NCBI GenBank assembly: GCA_041890515.1
Contig: JASDWX010000035.1
Location: 11,008 to 75,007, forward strand
From: Alteromonadaceae bacterium
GTDB taxonomy: Bacteria > Pseudomonadota > Gammaproteobacteria > Enterobacterales > Alteromonadaceae
Length of the DNA stretch: 64,000 bases
Direction of reading: 5' to 3'
Of this stretch, positions 24,436 through 33,668 are shown in pieces. The notes under the pieces are model-generated. The model was not told the DNA's origin and ran no database searches. It saw only the letters and a program-made list of their open reading frames with translations. Both the position numbers and the translations under genes were made by a program. The stretch's first letter is position 1, and each line of letters starts with the position of its first letter.

Positions 24436-26218
24436 CAGCTTGCTCCTTTTTATTTTTTAACACGGGTTTAGCGTTATCAGACACTTTATCTTTACGAATA
24501 CTCGCTTCAGCAACACGTTTTCCATCTGGTGCGATATTTAGAACACGCAAAGCACCTTTCATCACTCTTGAAAAAACAGGTGCCGCCACTTCCTTACCGT
24601 GATAAAGATCCCCACCAGGTTCATTAATCACGACAACGACAACAATCTCAGGATTAGATATCGGCGCCATACCAGCAAACAAACCTACGTAATCGTTACC
24701 ATAACCGCCAGCGACCGCTTTAATTGATGTCCCTGTTTTACCACCTACGCGATAACCCTCTACTTTAGCTTGAGGCGTATGGTCATCAACAACGCTTTCT
24801 AACATCGACACAATTTCTTGACTAGATTGCTGAGAAAAAATACGTTCATCTGCTAACGGTAAAGTATTAATCGTGCCTTTTTTAATGATAGTAAGCGGTT
24901 TTTTAACCCCGCCATTCGCTAACGTTGAATAAAACTTTGCAAGTTGTAATGGAGTCGTCGCAACACCATGCCCCCAAGATAAGGTGGCTAATTCAAATTT
25001 TGACCAACGTTGACGATCATGCATAATACCAGCACTTTCACCGACCAGGTCAACGCCAGTTTTTTCACCAAATCCTGCATCAAAAAACTTATCGAGTAAA
25101 AATGCTTTAGGCACTGAAAGGGCTAATTTGGTTGTGCCCATATTTGATGAATACACTAAAACATCCGTAATACTTAATTTTCCACGATTAATAGGGTCTC
25201 CGACTCGGCGGCCACCTAAGCGCATCCAACCAGGATTCGTATCTATAATGCTATTTGCTTTTGCTGAACCAAACTCTAAAGCGGTTAAAGCGGTTAAAGG
25301 CTTTAATGTTGAGCCGGGTTCGTAAAAATCAGTAATGGCACGATTTCGAAAACGATGAATAGCGGTATTTCGACGATTGTTAGGGTTATAAGAGGGGCTA
25401 TTGACTAATGCTAGAATTTCGCCTGTATGAGCATTAGTTACCACAACAGAACCTGATGTCGCTTTAAATGCTTTTACTGCACCTTTGAGTTCTTTATAGG
25501 CAATGGCTTGAATACGTTGGTCAATACTTAAAACGATGTCTGTAGGCTGAGTAGATGCTTGTTCAGAAAGTATTTCAATTTTTCTCCCTTTTGCATCTTT
25601 TCGATATTTTTTGTTACCATCAGTACCCGTAAGTAATTGATCGTAGACATTTTCAACGCCTTCAATACCTTTATCATCTACATTGGTAAAACCTACAACA
25701 TGGGCGCTAATTTCTCCAGAAGGATAAAAACGTTTCGACTCTTTGCGTAGATGTATACCGGGTATTTTTAACTCTTTAATATATTTTGCCATCGCAGGTG
25801 AGACTTTACGCTCAACATATACAAAACGTTTACCTGGGTTTTTGACAATACGAGAGGTTAACTTACTAACATCGCGTCCTAAAACATCAGCCAGTGCCTG
25901 CCAATGCTCTTTCATTGCTAGTGCATTATTTTCCATAACAATTTTAGGATCAGCCCATACCGTTTCTACGGGAACACTGATCGCGAGTTCAAGGCCGTTA
26001 CGATCAACAATCGAACCACGTTGTACCGTATGAGCAGCGTTACGCAATGAACGCATGTCCCCTTGCCTCTTCAACATGTCAGGTTCAATAATTTGAATAT
26101 ATGCACTACGAGCCAGTAAACCTGCATAAATAAACACAATTAGGCCAACAACAACGTAAAAACGCCATGCCACCGAAATTTGCTGTTTATCAGGTTGTTT
26201 CTTCACTACTTTACTCAT
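24428..26218 (-). CDS. ftsI: Penicillin-binding protein 3 FtsI
   Basis: RGSIVDRNG, EPGSTLK, SSN, KTGT motifs. Confidence 0.97.
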   Translation of the reverse strand: MSKVVKKQPDKQQISVAWRFYVVVGLIVFIYAGLLARSAYIQIIEPDMLKRQGDMRSLRNAAHTVQRGSIVDRNGLELAISVPVETVWADPKIVMENNALAMKEHWQALADVLGRDVSKLTSRIVKNPGKRFVYVERKVSPAMAKYIKELKIPGIHLRKESKRFYPSGEISAHVVGFTNVDDKGIEGVENVYDQLLTGTDGNKKYRKDAKGRKIEILSEQASTQPTDIVLSIDQRIQAIAYKELKGAVKAFKATSGSVVVTNAHTGEILALVNSPSYNPNNRRNTAIHRFRNRAITDFYEPGSTLKPLTALTALEFGSAKANSIIDTNPGWMRLGGRRVGDPINRGKLSITDVLVYSSNMGTTKLALSVPKAFLLDKFFDAGFGEKTGVDLVGESAGIMHDRQRWSKFELATLSWGHGVATTPLQLAKFYSTLANGGVKKPLTIIKKGTINTLPLADERIFSQQSSQEIVSMLESVVDDHTPQAKVEGYRVGGKTGTSIKAVAGGYGNDYVGLFAGMAPISNPEIVVVVVINEPGGDLYHGKEVAAPVFSRVMKGALRVLNIAPDGKRVAEASIRKDKVSDNAKPVLKNKKEQADA

Positions 26219-26529
26219 TGTTGATTAATAATGACTTCCGAATTAATATTCGGTCTTTTCATCTGTAATAATTTTCTAGCTTTGGTTTCTATCGTACTGT
26301 GCTCTGCTAAGCTGTTTTGCTCTAACACTAAATTTCGCCATTCAATATCGAGTTCATCTCGTTCTGTTAATAGAACTTCCAAACCACTCGTGGTTTGGCG
26401 ATTTAAATGGGTAAAATAAATCACCGAAAATGCCGATATCACTACCATTATTAACAACAAATATATGAATATGTGTCGTTGAATATCGTGCAAAACATCT
26501 AATGGTAGCGACATTTTCGAATTAGCCAT
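26215..26529 (-). CDS. ftsL: Cell division protein FtsL
   Basis: TM plus coiled coil EWRNLVLEQNSL; between rsmH and ftsI. Confidence 0.93.
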   Translation of the reverse strand: MANSKMSLPLDVLHDIQRHIFIYLLLIMVVISAFSVIYFTHLNRQTTSGLEVLLTERDELDIEWRNLVLEQNSLAEHSTIETKARKLLQMKRPNINSEVIINQQ

Positions 26530-26545
26530 AATTATAATAGCCGCA

Positions 26546-27487
26546 TTAATGCGCCAATCTCATTGCAACCCGCATAACTGAACTTCGTGAACGTTTGTTT
26601 TCTTCAACCTCACTTTCACTCGGCTTCAACCGACGACCAATAAGCTCTAACTTTTTACCTTTATTTAATTCTTCTTCACTAATGGGTAAACCACGGGGTA
26701 CTTTTCTCCCTTGCGAATGCTTTTTCATGAATTGTTTAACGAGACGATCTTCCAAAGAATGAAAACTGATCACGACTAAGCGACCATTTTCAGCAAGTAC
26801 CGATAGCGACGAAGCAAGTACTTTCTCAATTTGCTCTAATTCACTATTGATATAAATACGAATGGCTTGGAAGCTACGTGTCGCTGGGTGTTTCTTTATT
26901 TCACGTTGAGGTGCTGTGGTTTTGATTATTTTGGCTAATTGGCCTGTACGCGTATAAGGTGTTTCTTCACGTGTATCAACAATAGCGTTAGCAATTCGCC
27001 AAGCGTGCTTTTCTTCACCAAAGGTGCGTAATACCCACGTAATATCTTCAACATCGGCAACTGCAATCCATTCAGCAGCGGTTTGACCACGAGAAGTATC
27101 CATACGCATATCGAGTGGACCATCATTCATAAAACTAAAGCCACGTTCAGCTTCGTCTAATTGTGGAGAAGACACACCTAGATCCAGTAAAATACCGTCA
27201 ACTTTTTCAAGTAACTGGTGTTTTTCTGCAATATTTTCTAGATCAGCAAAACCTTCGTGTTCAATAGCAAAGCGCGCATCATCAGCAAACTTTTCAGCCG
27301 CTTTAATCGCAGTAAGATCACGATCAATGGCAATAAGGCGTCCATTTTCAGAGAGTTGAGAAAGAATAAGGGCTGAATGACCACCTCGACCAAAAGTACA
27401 GTCGATGTAAGTGCCATCGGGTTTAATAGCGAGTCCGGTAACTGCTTCGTCAAGCAATACCGATATATGTGACGTATCTAATTTCAT
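26546..27487 (-). CDS. rsmH: 16S rRNA m4C1402 methyltransferase RsmH (start moved to MKLDTSH)
   Basis: [30 protein letters not shown]. Confidence 0.97.
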   Translation of the reverse strand: MKLDTSHISVLLDEAVTGLAIKPDGTYIDCTFGRGGHSALILSQLSENGRLIAIDRDLTAIKAAEKFADDARFAIEHEGFADLENIAEKHQLLEKVDGILLDLGVSSPQLDEAERGFSFMNDGPLDMRMDTSRGQTAAEWIAVADVEDITWVLRTFGEEKHAWRIANAIVDTREETPYTRTGQLAKIIKTTAPQREIKKHPATRSFQAIRIYINSELEQIEKVLASSLSVLAENGRLVVISFHSLEDRLVKQFMKKHSQGRKVPRGLPISEEELNKGKKLELIGRRLKPSESEVEENKRSRSSVMRVAMRLAH

Positions 27488-27574
27488 TTTGGGTAACACC
27501 AAGTTACGTAATACCAAGGGATCAATTTGGTATTGGGTTTATTGACTATTCTTTAGTCGTTTTTTCTTATCTAT

Positions 27575-28033
27575 TTAGAGTGATAAATCTAACAAGCGTT
27601 CAGTCAGTTCAATTTCGCCCGACTGAATTTGGCTAATGCCTTTTTGCATTTGCGCCTGCCATGCACTTTCACTCCAAATTTCAAATTTTTTCAATTGTCC
27701 AACTAGCATGACACTTTTTTCTAAGTTGGCATGCTGACGCAACGGACCATTTATTAATAAGCGACCACTCTTATCAATCTCACAATCTGAAGCATTACCT
27801 AAAAGGACTTGCTGTAACAATCGCTCTTGTGGATTCATGCTTGATAAACTACACAATTTTAATTCTATTTCTTCCCATTCAGGAAGCGGGTAAAGCAGTA
27901 GGCAGGGATGCTGGATATCTACGGTACAAACCATTTTTCCTTGGCAATCAGCAAATAGCTCATCGCGGTACTTGGTAGGTACCGTAATTCTATTTTTACT
28001 GTCGAGCGTAATCGCGCTAGTGCCTCTGAACAT
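27575..28033 (-). CDS. mraZ: Transcriptional regulator MraZ (start moved to MFRG)
   Basis: MFRG...LDSKNRITVP, DKSGRLLI, FEIW. Confidence 0.96.
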   Translation of the reverse strand: MFRGTSAITLDSKNRITVPTKYRDELFADCQGKMVCTVDIQHPCLLLYPLPEWEEIELKLCSLSSMNPQERLLQQVLLGNASDCEIDKSGRLLINGPLRQHANLEKSVMLVGQLKKFEIWSESAWQAQMQKGISQIQSGEIELTERLLDLSL

Positions 28034-28066
28034 AATCCTGCTTATTATTTTAGTAATCGTTGAAGA

Positions 28067-28091
28067 TCCACTAATACCCACTAATTCCCAC
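28067..28091 (-). promoter_or_regulatory. MraZ binding repeats
   Basis: Minus strand GTGGG-aatta-GTGGG-tatta-GTGGA, the established 10-bp-period MraZ box upstream of mraZ. Confidence 0.85.
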
Positions 28092-28567
28092 AATGATACA
28101 GTTTAGAGAGAAAAGTAAAGTCATGTCAAGCAAATATTTGTTTAAATGATCTGGCGGAACACCAATAAAATTAAGGCTTTTAGCAAAGCTGATGAATTTG
28201 TGGGGTTTTGTGGATCGTCACCCCATAATATGGTCAAAAATTAAATTATTTGACTGTTTTTGAAGAAAATATGCTGGTTTTGGTGTCACAAGTGGATGCC
28301 CAGAAGCGTGAAACTCCTACAGCCCGCAATTTTACTCAAAGGCAAAATTATGAACAGGTATTTTGTGATCTTTTAATATAAATTAATTTACTGTTCATAT
28401 ATACAAGCTACAAATAAACACTAGTAATTTTCAGACTCATGAAGTTCTTGTGATTTTTAGTTTCAGTAGGGTTAGTATTGGCTAATAACTTCCCTTCATC
28501 CATTATATATTGGTTTATAGGAATTAAGTCAGATACAAAGTGAGCTAGTTAGGATTAATTTTCTTGA

Positions 28568-29154
28568 TTAAAGTGATAAAATGAATAAAGTCCAATAAGC
28601 ATTGTGTGCACTATTTTTATCGACTCCCCCATCAACTATCCTCACCTCAAATCCGAGATTTTTAGCTGTATTAATAAAAACAGGAGATAATTTATAAGCA
28701 AGATTATCTTCCAAATCTTCTTTGAATGTTATTATTATTTTTCCATTGGCGCATAATAATTAAGATAACCTTTTTAAAGCCACTATTTGATCTTCAGGCG
28801 ATAGAAACATTAATATAGCGGTTGCAGCTATAAGGTCGAAGTAGGAAGTATGTTCTTGAGAAATTAAATTTGGAAGTTCATCTTCTATCCAATTAACTTT
28901 ATTCAAATAATCTTTCGTTTTAGCATAACTTATCATGTTAGATGAAAAGTCAATTGCAGTTACCTCCGCCCCCTGTGAAGCATAATATAAAGCATCACTA
29001 CCACTACCACTACCAACATCTAAAACTTTAAGCCCTTGAAAATTTAAGTTGTTATCCAACTTTTGTGAATATCTTCAGTATCATAAAAATTATAACGCTT
29101 CACTAAGCTTCTATAATTGTTTTCAAAGTAGCTGCTAGGGTTGATTTTATTCAT
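28568..29154 (-). pseudogene. Class I SAM-dependent methyltransferase, disrupted
   Basis: ATG 29154 (MNKINPSSYF...IHKSW) frameshifts near 29055 into VLDVGSGSGSDA frame; in-frame TAA at 28760 then continues LLCANGKIIITFK to stop at 28568. Confidence 0.7.
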
Positions 29155-29661
29155 TCATTTATATCAATATCGAAAGGAACTCTTTTCATATTTTTCATGA
29201 GTAAGCTTGCTTCATTAAAATCTTTATCTGAAGGTTCTTCAGAGCCATACTTAGCTGTTTCAAACATTTCTTCCAACGATCTTAATAAATATTTTTTTTC
29301 ATCTGATGTGATATGTGGATTATTTCCCCTACGAGCTTTTTGGGCAATACTGGCATAAAGGCTTCTTGCATACTTATGAGAAAGAATTACTTTTTTAAAC
29401 TTTTGAGCTGGTCCTATCAATGTTAAAAATAAAGCACCTAAACTGCCAACTAGTAAAATAGTAGCTAAGTAATTTACCCAAGGGCAGAATAAAGGCACTA
29501 CCAATTGGTATCAAAATAAAAATGGCAACTATAGCATCTATCCAAAAAGCTTTACGCTCCGATTTTCTTGAAGAAATTAAATGTGCCATTGCATTATGTC
29601 TAGCTCTAACCCATATATCACCGAATTTTTGTTTTTCTCTTTCTGTGAATTCTTCCATCAA
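29151..29661 (-). pseudogene. SLATT-like two-TM protein, frameshifted
   Basis: ORFs 29395-29661 and 29151-29504 join near 29480-29490: AH..SR..ER..W-TM1 / TM2-..SHKYARSLY pattern typical of SLATT domains. Confidence 0.55.
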
Positions 29662-29673
29662 TATTTCCTTATA

Positions 29674-30798
29674 TTATAATAATGCTAATAAACGTTTTGA
29701 GATAATATCTGTTGGTATAGTCTCGTTAAAGTGGCTCCACGACATTCTAATAGAACCATTCATCCTATCTTCATTCAAACCCATAGAAGAAAGAACATGT
29801 GAAGGCTTGTAGCTATTAGATGTACATGCTGAGCCATTTGAAACAGCAACAACCCCTTTAAGAACAACCATCGCAGCTTCGGAATTTATTCCGGGGATTG
29901 AAAAGTTCAAAACAAATGGAGATGTGTTTACTCCATTATATTCAGCACCCATTGTATCAAGTGTATTAATAAGTCCGTTTTTTAAATTTAAAGCATGCTC
30001 TTGCCACTTCTTTGAATTTTTTACAGCTAATTCACATGCTAGACCAAATCCTGCAATTAACTGTACAGGCAATGTTCCTGGCCTAAGCCCTTTTTCTTGT
30101 CCCCCTCCAAATTGAAGTGGTTTTAACGGTGGTCTTTCGAATCCTCTTTTTCTCATGATTAATGCACCAACACCTTTTGGAGCATAAACTTTATGGCCAC
30201 TGGCACTGATTAAATCAATTCTTTTATTTAGTAATTCGTTACTCAATTTACCAAAGCTTTGTGCTGCGTCTACATGAAAATACGCACTAGATGAGGCTAG
30301 AACTTTACAAACTTCAGTAATAGGTTGAATACAACCAGTTTCATTATTTACATGCATAATAGATACTAACAAAGTATCTTCACGAATTAATTCAGCTACA
30401 TCGGCAGGGTTGATTACACCACTTTCATCAACTTCAATGTAAGAAACTTCAAACCCATTCTTAACTAAATGCTCAATTGGCTCTAATACTGCTTTATGTT
30501 CTATTTTGGTCGTTATAATGTGTCTTCTATTCTGTTGGATACCATTTTGCAACAACCCCAAAATAGCGATGTTATTACTCTCTGTTGCACCACTAGTAAA
30601 AATCACTTCAGACTTATCAGCATCTACAACATTTGCAACTTGCGCTCTTGCTTTCTCTAAAGTTTTTTTAGCTTCAACGCCAAATTCATGTGTTCTACTT
30701 CCGGAATTCCCATATTCTTCAACCATTAGCCGATAAACTAAATCAGCTACGGGTTTTAGTACAGGGGTTGTAGCATTTGAATCAAGATAGGTAGTCAT
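29674..30798 (-). CDS. dndA: Cysteine desulfurase DndA
   Basis: MTTYLDSNATTP, SRTHEFG, HVDAAQ, SGHKVYAPKG, SNGSACTS; divergent from dndBCDE. Confidence 0.93.
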   Translation of the reverse strand: MTTYLDSNATTPVLKPVADLVYRLMVEEYGNSGSRTHEFGVEAKKTLEKARAQVANVVDADKSEVIFTSGATESNNIAILGLLQNGIQQNRRHIITTKIEHKAVLEPIEHLVKNGFEVSYIEVDESGVINPADVAELIREDTLLVSIMHVNNETGCIQPITEVCKVLASSSAYFHVDAAQSFGKLSNELLNKRIDLISASGHKVYAPKGVGALIMRKRGFERPPLKPLQFGGGQEKGLRPGTLPVQLIAGFGLACELAVKNSKKWQEHALNLKNGLINTLDTMGAEYNGVNTSPFVLNFSIPGINSEAAMVVLKGVVAVSNGSACTSNSYKPSHVLSSMGLNEDRMNGSIRMSWSHFNETIPTDIISKRLLALL

Positions 30799-30856
30799 TA
30801 AAAATTCCGTATTGAAAAAGTTAAACACAAGACATAGAAACTATATTTGTGTATGA

Positions 30857-30874
30857 TACGCTAAAAAGTTCGTA
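30857..30874. promoter_or_regulatory. DndB operator TACG-N10-CGTA next to a -10-like TATGAT (30852-30857)
   Basis: tacg-ctaaaaagtt-cgta matches the DndB palindrome I recall from the Pseudomonas fluorescens dnd promoter. Confidence 0.75.
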
Positions 30875-30925
30875 CGAACAAAAACAAAAAACCACGAACA
30901 AAATATTTATCAACCAAAGCGAATT

Positions 30926-32014
30926 ATGAATTCAATAATCTCCGGCACGTCATTCCCAGCAATTAAAGGTACTCAAGCAAACTCTGAGTATTATACAGTT
31001 ATGTGTCCTTTAAAAAGGCTAAAAAAAATATTTACTTTAGATGAGTCTCAATTTTCAGTAAATAAAAGAGCACAAAGGTTAATAAATGAAGCACGCATTC
31101 CTGAAATAACTAATTATATTCTCGATCAAAGAGAAAAATATGTTTTTTCTTCTATCACTGCATGTATTGATGGTAACTGTGAATTTGTCTCAATCGGTGA
31201 TTCTAAGCATGAGCAACGAATTGGTACCTTGATAATTGATGAAGATGCCGAAATCTACATTACAGATGGTCAACATCGTAATGCTGCAATTTTAGAGGCT
31301 TTGAAAGAAGACCCATCATTAGCCAATGAAACAATATCAGTCGTGTTTTTCGCAAACAAGACCTTAGATGAAAGACAGAAAATATTTAAAGACCTTAATT
31401 ACTACTCAGTAAAAACAGATGGCTCATTAAGTATTACATATGATGACAAGCCTGATGCAATAGTCTCTAAAACAATTATTTTAGAAAGCCAACGTTTAAC
31501 AAAATTGGTTCATATGGAAACTAGCAACTTAGGCTCTCGATCAAAGAAATTAATAAGTCACAGTGCAGTTAATAGAGCGACAAAGCTCCTATGTGGCACC
31601 ATCAACTATGACAACTATAAGAAATTTATCCCAATAGCCGCAAGTTACTGGGAGGAAGTTATCAAAAACATCCCTGCGTGGCTTTTGGTTTGTAAAGATG
31701 AAGTGTCCGGTGGTGAGCTTAGGGATGAGTCAATTCATGCGCATTCTGTAACTTTTCAAGCTTTAGGTATTGTTGGAAGATGGTTGTTAGAAAATGATAA
31801 AAATTGGAAAAAAACCTTAAAAGAATTGAAGAAAATCAATTGGGATAAAGCCAATAAAAATTGGGAAGGTAGATGTGTCATAAATGGAAGTATGCATAAT
31901 AATCCAAAAGCTGCCCAATTAACGGCAATTAAAATTAAGTTGTTAATTGGATCTCAGTTAACAGATAAAGAACTATCGTCAGAAAATAAATTTATAGAGC
32001 ACAAAAATGGATAA
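30926..32014 (+). CDS. dndB: DNA sulfur modification regulator DndB
   Basis: FPAIKGTQA, RAQRLIN..RIP, YVFSSITA, DGQHR. Confidence 0.93.
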   Translation: MNSIISGTSFPAIKGTQANSEYYTVMCPLKRLKKIFTLDESQFSVNKRAQRLINEARIPEITNYILDQREKYVFSSITACIDGNCEFVSIGDSKHEQRIGTLIIDEDAEIYITDGQHRNAAILEALKEDPSLANETISVVFFANKTLDERQKIFKDLNYYSVKTDGSLSITYDDKPDAIVSKTIILESQRLTKLVHMETSNLGSRSKKLISHSAVNRATKLLCGTINYDNYKKFIPIAASYWEEVIKNIPAWLLVCKDEVSGGELRDESIHAHSVTFQALGIVGRWLLENDKNWKKTLKELKKINWDKANKNWEGRCVINGSMHNNPKAAQLTAIKIKLLIGSQLTDKELSSENKFIEHKNG

Positions 32015-33668
32015 TACTTTAGAACAGCAGCACTCATCTGCTTTCTTAGCCAAAGGCTTAAAAGAAACTCTACGTGAATCGATTGATCATGTTAAAACAC
32101 TTTATAAAAGTGACCAAATACCTTGGGTGATTGGTTATAGTGGAGGTAAAGACTCAACAGCTATTTTGCAGTTAATTTGGTATGCATTACAAGAACTCAA
32201 AGAAGAAGGTTTGACTAATAAAAAAGTTCATGTAATCAGTACCGACACGTTAGTTGAAAATCCAATAGTAGCTATATGGGTTGGCAAGTCGCTAAGCAAA
32301 ATGTCAGAACAAGCAAAAGAACAAGACTTGCCAATTACTCCTCACCGTTTAACCCCTGAAGTTAAAGACCGATTTTGGGTTAACCTTATTGGTAAAGGAT
32401 ACCCTGCACCTCGTTATAAATTTAGGTGGTGTACAGATCGATTAAAAATATCTCCTTCTAATACATTCATTCAAAACATGGCAAATAAAAATGGAGAAGC
32501 TATTTTAGTGCTAGGCACGCGTAAAGCAGAAAGCACTGCTCGTGCAGCGGTGATGGATAAATTCGAAAAATCAGAAACTAATACTCGAAAAGCCTTAGGG
32601 TTAACTGAGAATGGTTCATTAGATCGTGTATGGGTTTACACCCCTATTGCTAGTTGGAGTAATGATGATGTTTGGGTTTACCTAAATAGCGTCAAAAACC
32701 CTTGGGGCTTTCCAAATCATGATTTGATGGGCATGTATCAAGGAGCTACTGATGGTGGTGAGTGTCCATTAGTAGTAGACCAAAGCACGCAAAGTTGTGG
32801 TGACAGCAGGTTTGGTTGTTATGTTTGTACTATGGTTTCTGAAGACAAGTCGATGAATGCCATGATCGCTAACGATGAAGAAAAAGAATGGATGTACCCA
32901 CTTGTTTCTCTCCGGAATGAGATCGAAGTAAACGATTCGAACAAGCAAAAAAAGATTGAAAAACTTACTAGGGATAAAGGCAATCGTGATTTTAGGCGAA
33001 TGAAAGGTAATTTAACAGTCCATATTTCTAAACATGGTGCTGATTTAGTTCCTGGTCCATACATACAAAGCTTTAGAGAACATTTACTTAAGAAAGTATT
33101 AGAAGCACAGGTTGCTGTTCAAAAATTAGGTCCCGAAGAAGTAAGAAATCTTGAGCTATTACCACTAGAAGACTTAGAAGAAATAAGACGGATCTGGCTT
33201 GAAGAGAAACATGAAGCTGAAGATAGCGTCCCCAAAATATATGAATTGGCTATAAATAAAAAATATCCTGGAAAGGCTCGTGCTCACCACCCTATTTTAA
33301 ATTTAGACGTACTTCAAAAGTTAAAAAGTCATTGTACCGAGCAAGGTGATCCTGATGGATTGTTATATCAACAAATTCGTTCAGTTATGTCTATTGCCAA
33401 CAAACACCGCAACCAATTACGTAGAGCAAAGCTTGCAGATGAACTAAATTCAAGCCTTGATAAAGGTGCATTTAGTACTTTATTTGAAGCAAAAAAATTT
33501 GCACTTGAGCGGGAGCGTCACCGTTTACAAATCCAGTTAAGCAATTCAACTGCTCTAACAGAAGAAGAGAAAGAAGAAATTAATACCAAAATAATTATGG
33601 TTACCAAATCAATTAAAGAAGAGGGTTTCAGTTCACTAATAATTGAAACTGAAGAGGTTCTAGACTAA
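32007..33668 (+). CDS. dndC: DNA phosphorothioation sulfurtransferase DndC
   Basis: PWVIGYSGGKDS, DTLVENP, RWCTDRLKI, ECPLVVD..SCG.SRFGCYVCT. Confidence 0.95.
   Translation: MDNTLEQQHSSAFLAKGLKETLRESIDHVKTLYKSDQIPWVIGYSGGKDSTAILQLIWYALQELKEEGLTNKKVHVISTDTLVENPIVAIWVGKSLSKMSEQAKEQDLPITPHRLTPEVKDRFWVNLIGKGYPAPRYKFRWCTDRLKISPSNTFIQNMANKNGEAILVLGTRKAESTARAAVMDKFEKSETNTRKALGLTENGSLDRVWVYTPIASWSNDDVWVYLNSVKNPWGFPNHDLMGMYQGATDGGECPLVVDQSTQSCGDSRFGCYVCTMVSEDKSMNAMIANDEEKEWMYPLVSLRNEIEVNDSNKQKKIEKLTRDKGNRDFRRMKGNLTVHISKHGADLVPGPYIQSFREHLLKKVLEAQVAVQKLGPEEVRNLELLPLEDLEEIRRIWLEEKHEAEDSVPKIYELAINKKYPGKARAHHPILNLDVLQKLKSHCTEQGDPDGLLYQQIRSVMSIANKHRNQLRRAKLADELNSSLDKGAFSTLFEAKKFALERERHRLQIQLSNSTALTEEEKEEINTKIIMVTKSIKEEGFSSLIIETEEVLD

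Noticed and set aside
459-27453. Numerous 60-140-aa overlapping or antisense ORFs in the ORF track
   Set aside because: They are shadows of conserved housekeeping genes, with no motifs or independent signals
28034-28093. N-terminal extension of MraZ in the ORF track
   Set aside because: It overlaps the MraZ operator repeats; the conserved start is MFRG at 28033
28094-28560. rnpB, which lies upstream of mraZ in some gammaproteobacteria
   Set aside because: No GAGGAAAGTCC or AGAACCCGGCTTA RNase P signatures found; the region is too AT-rich
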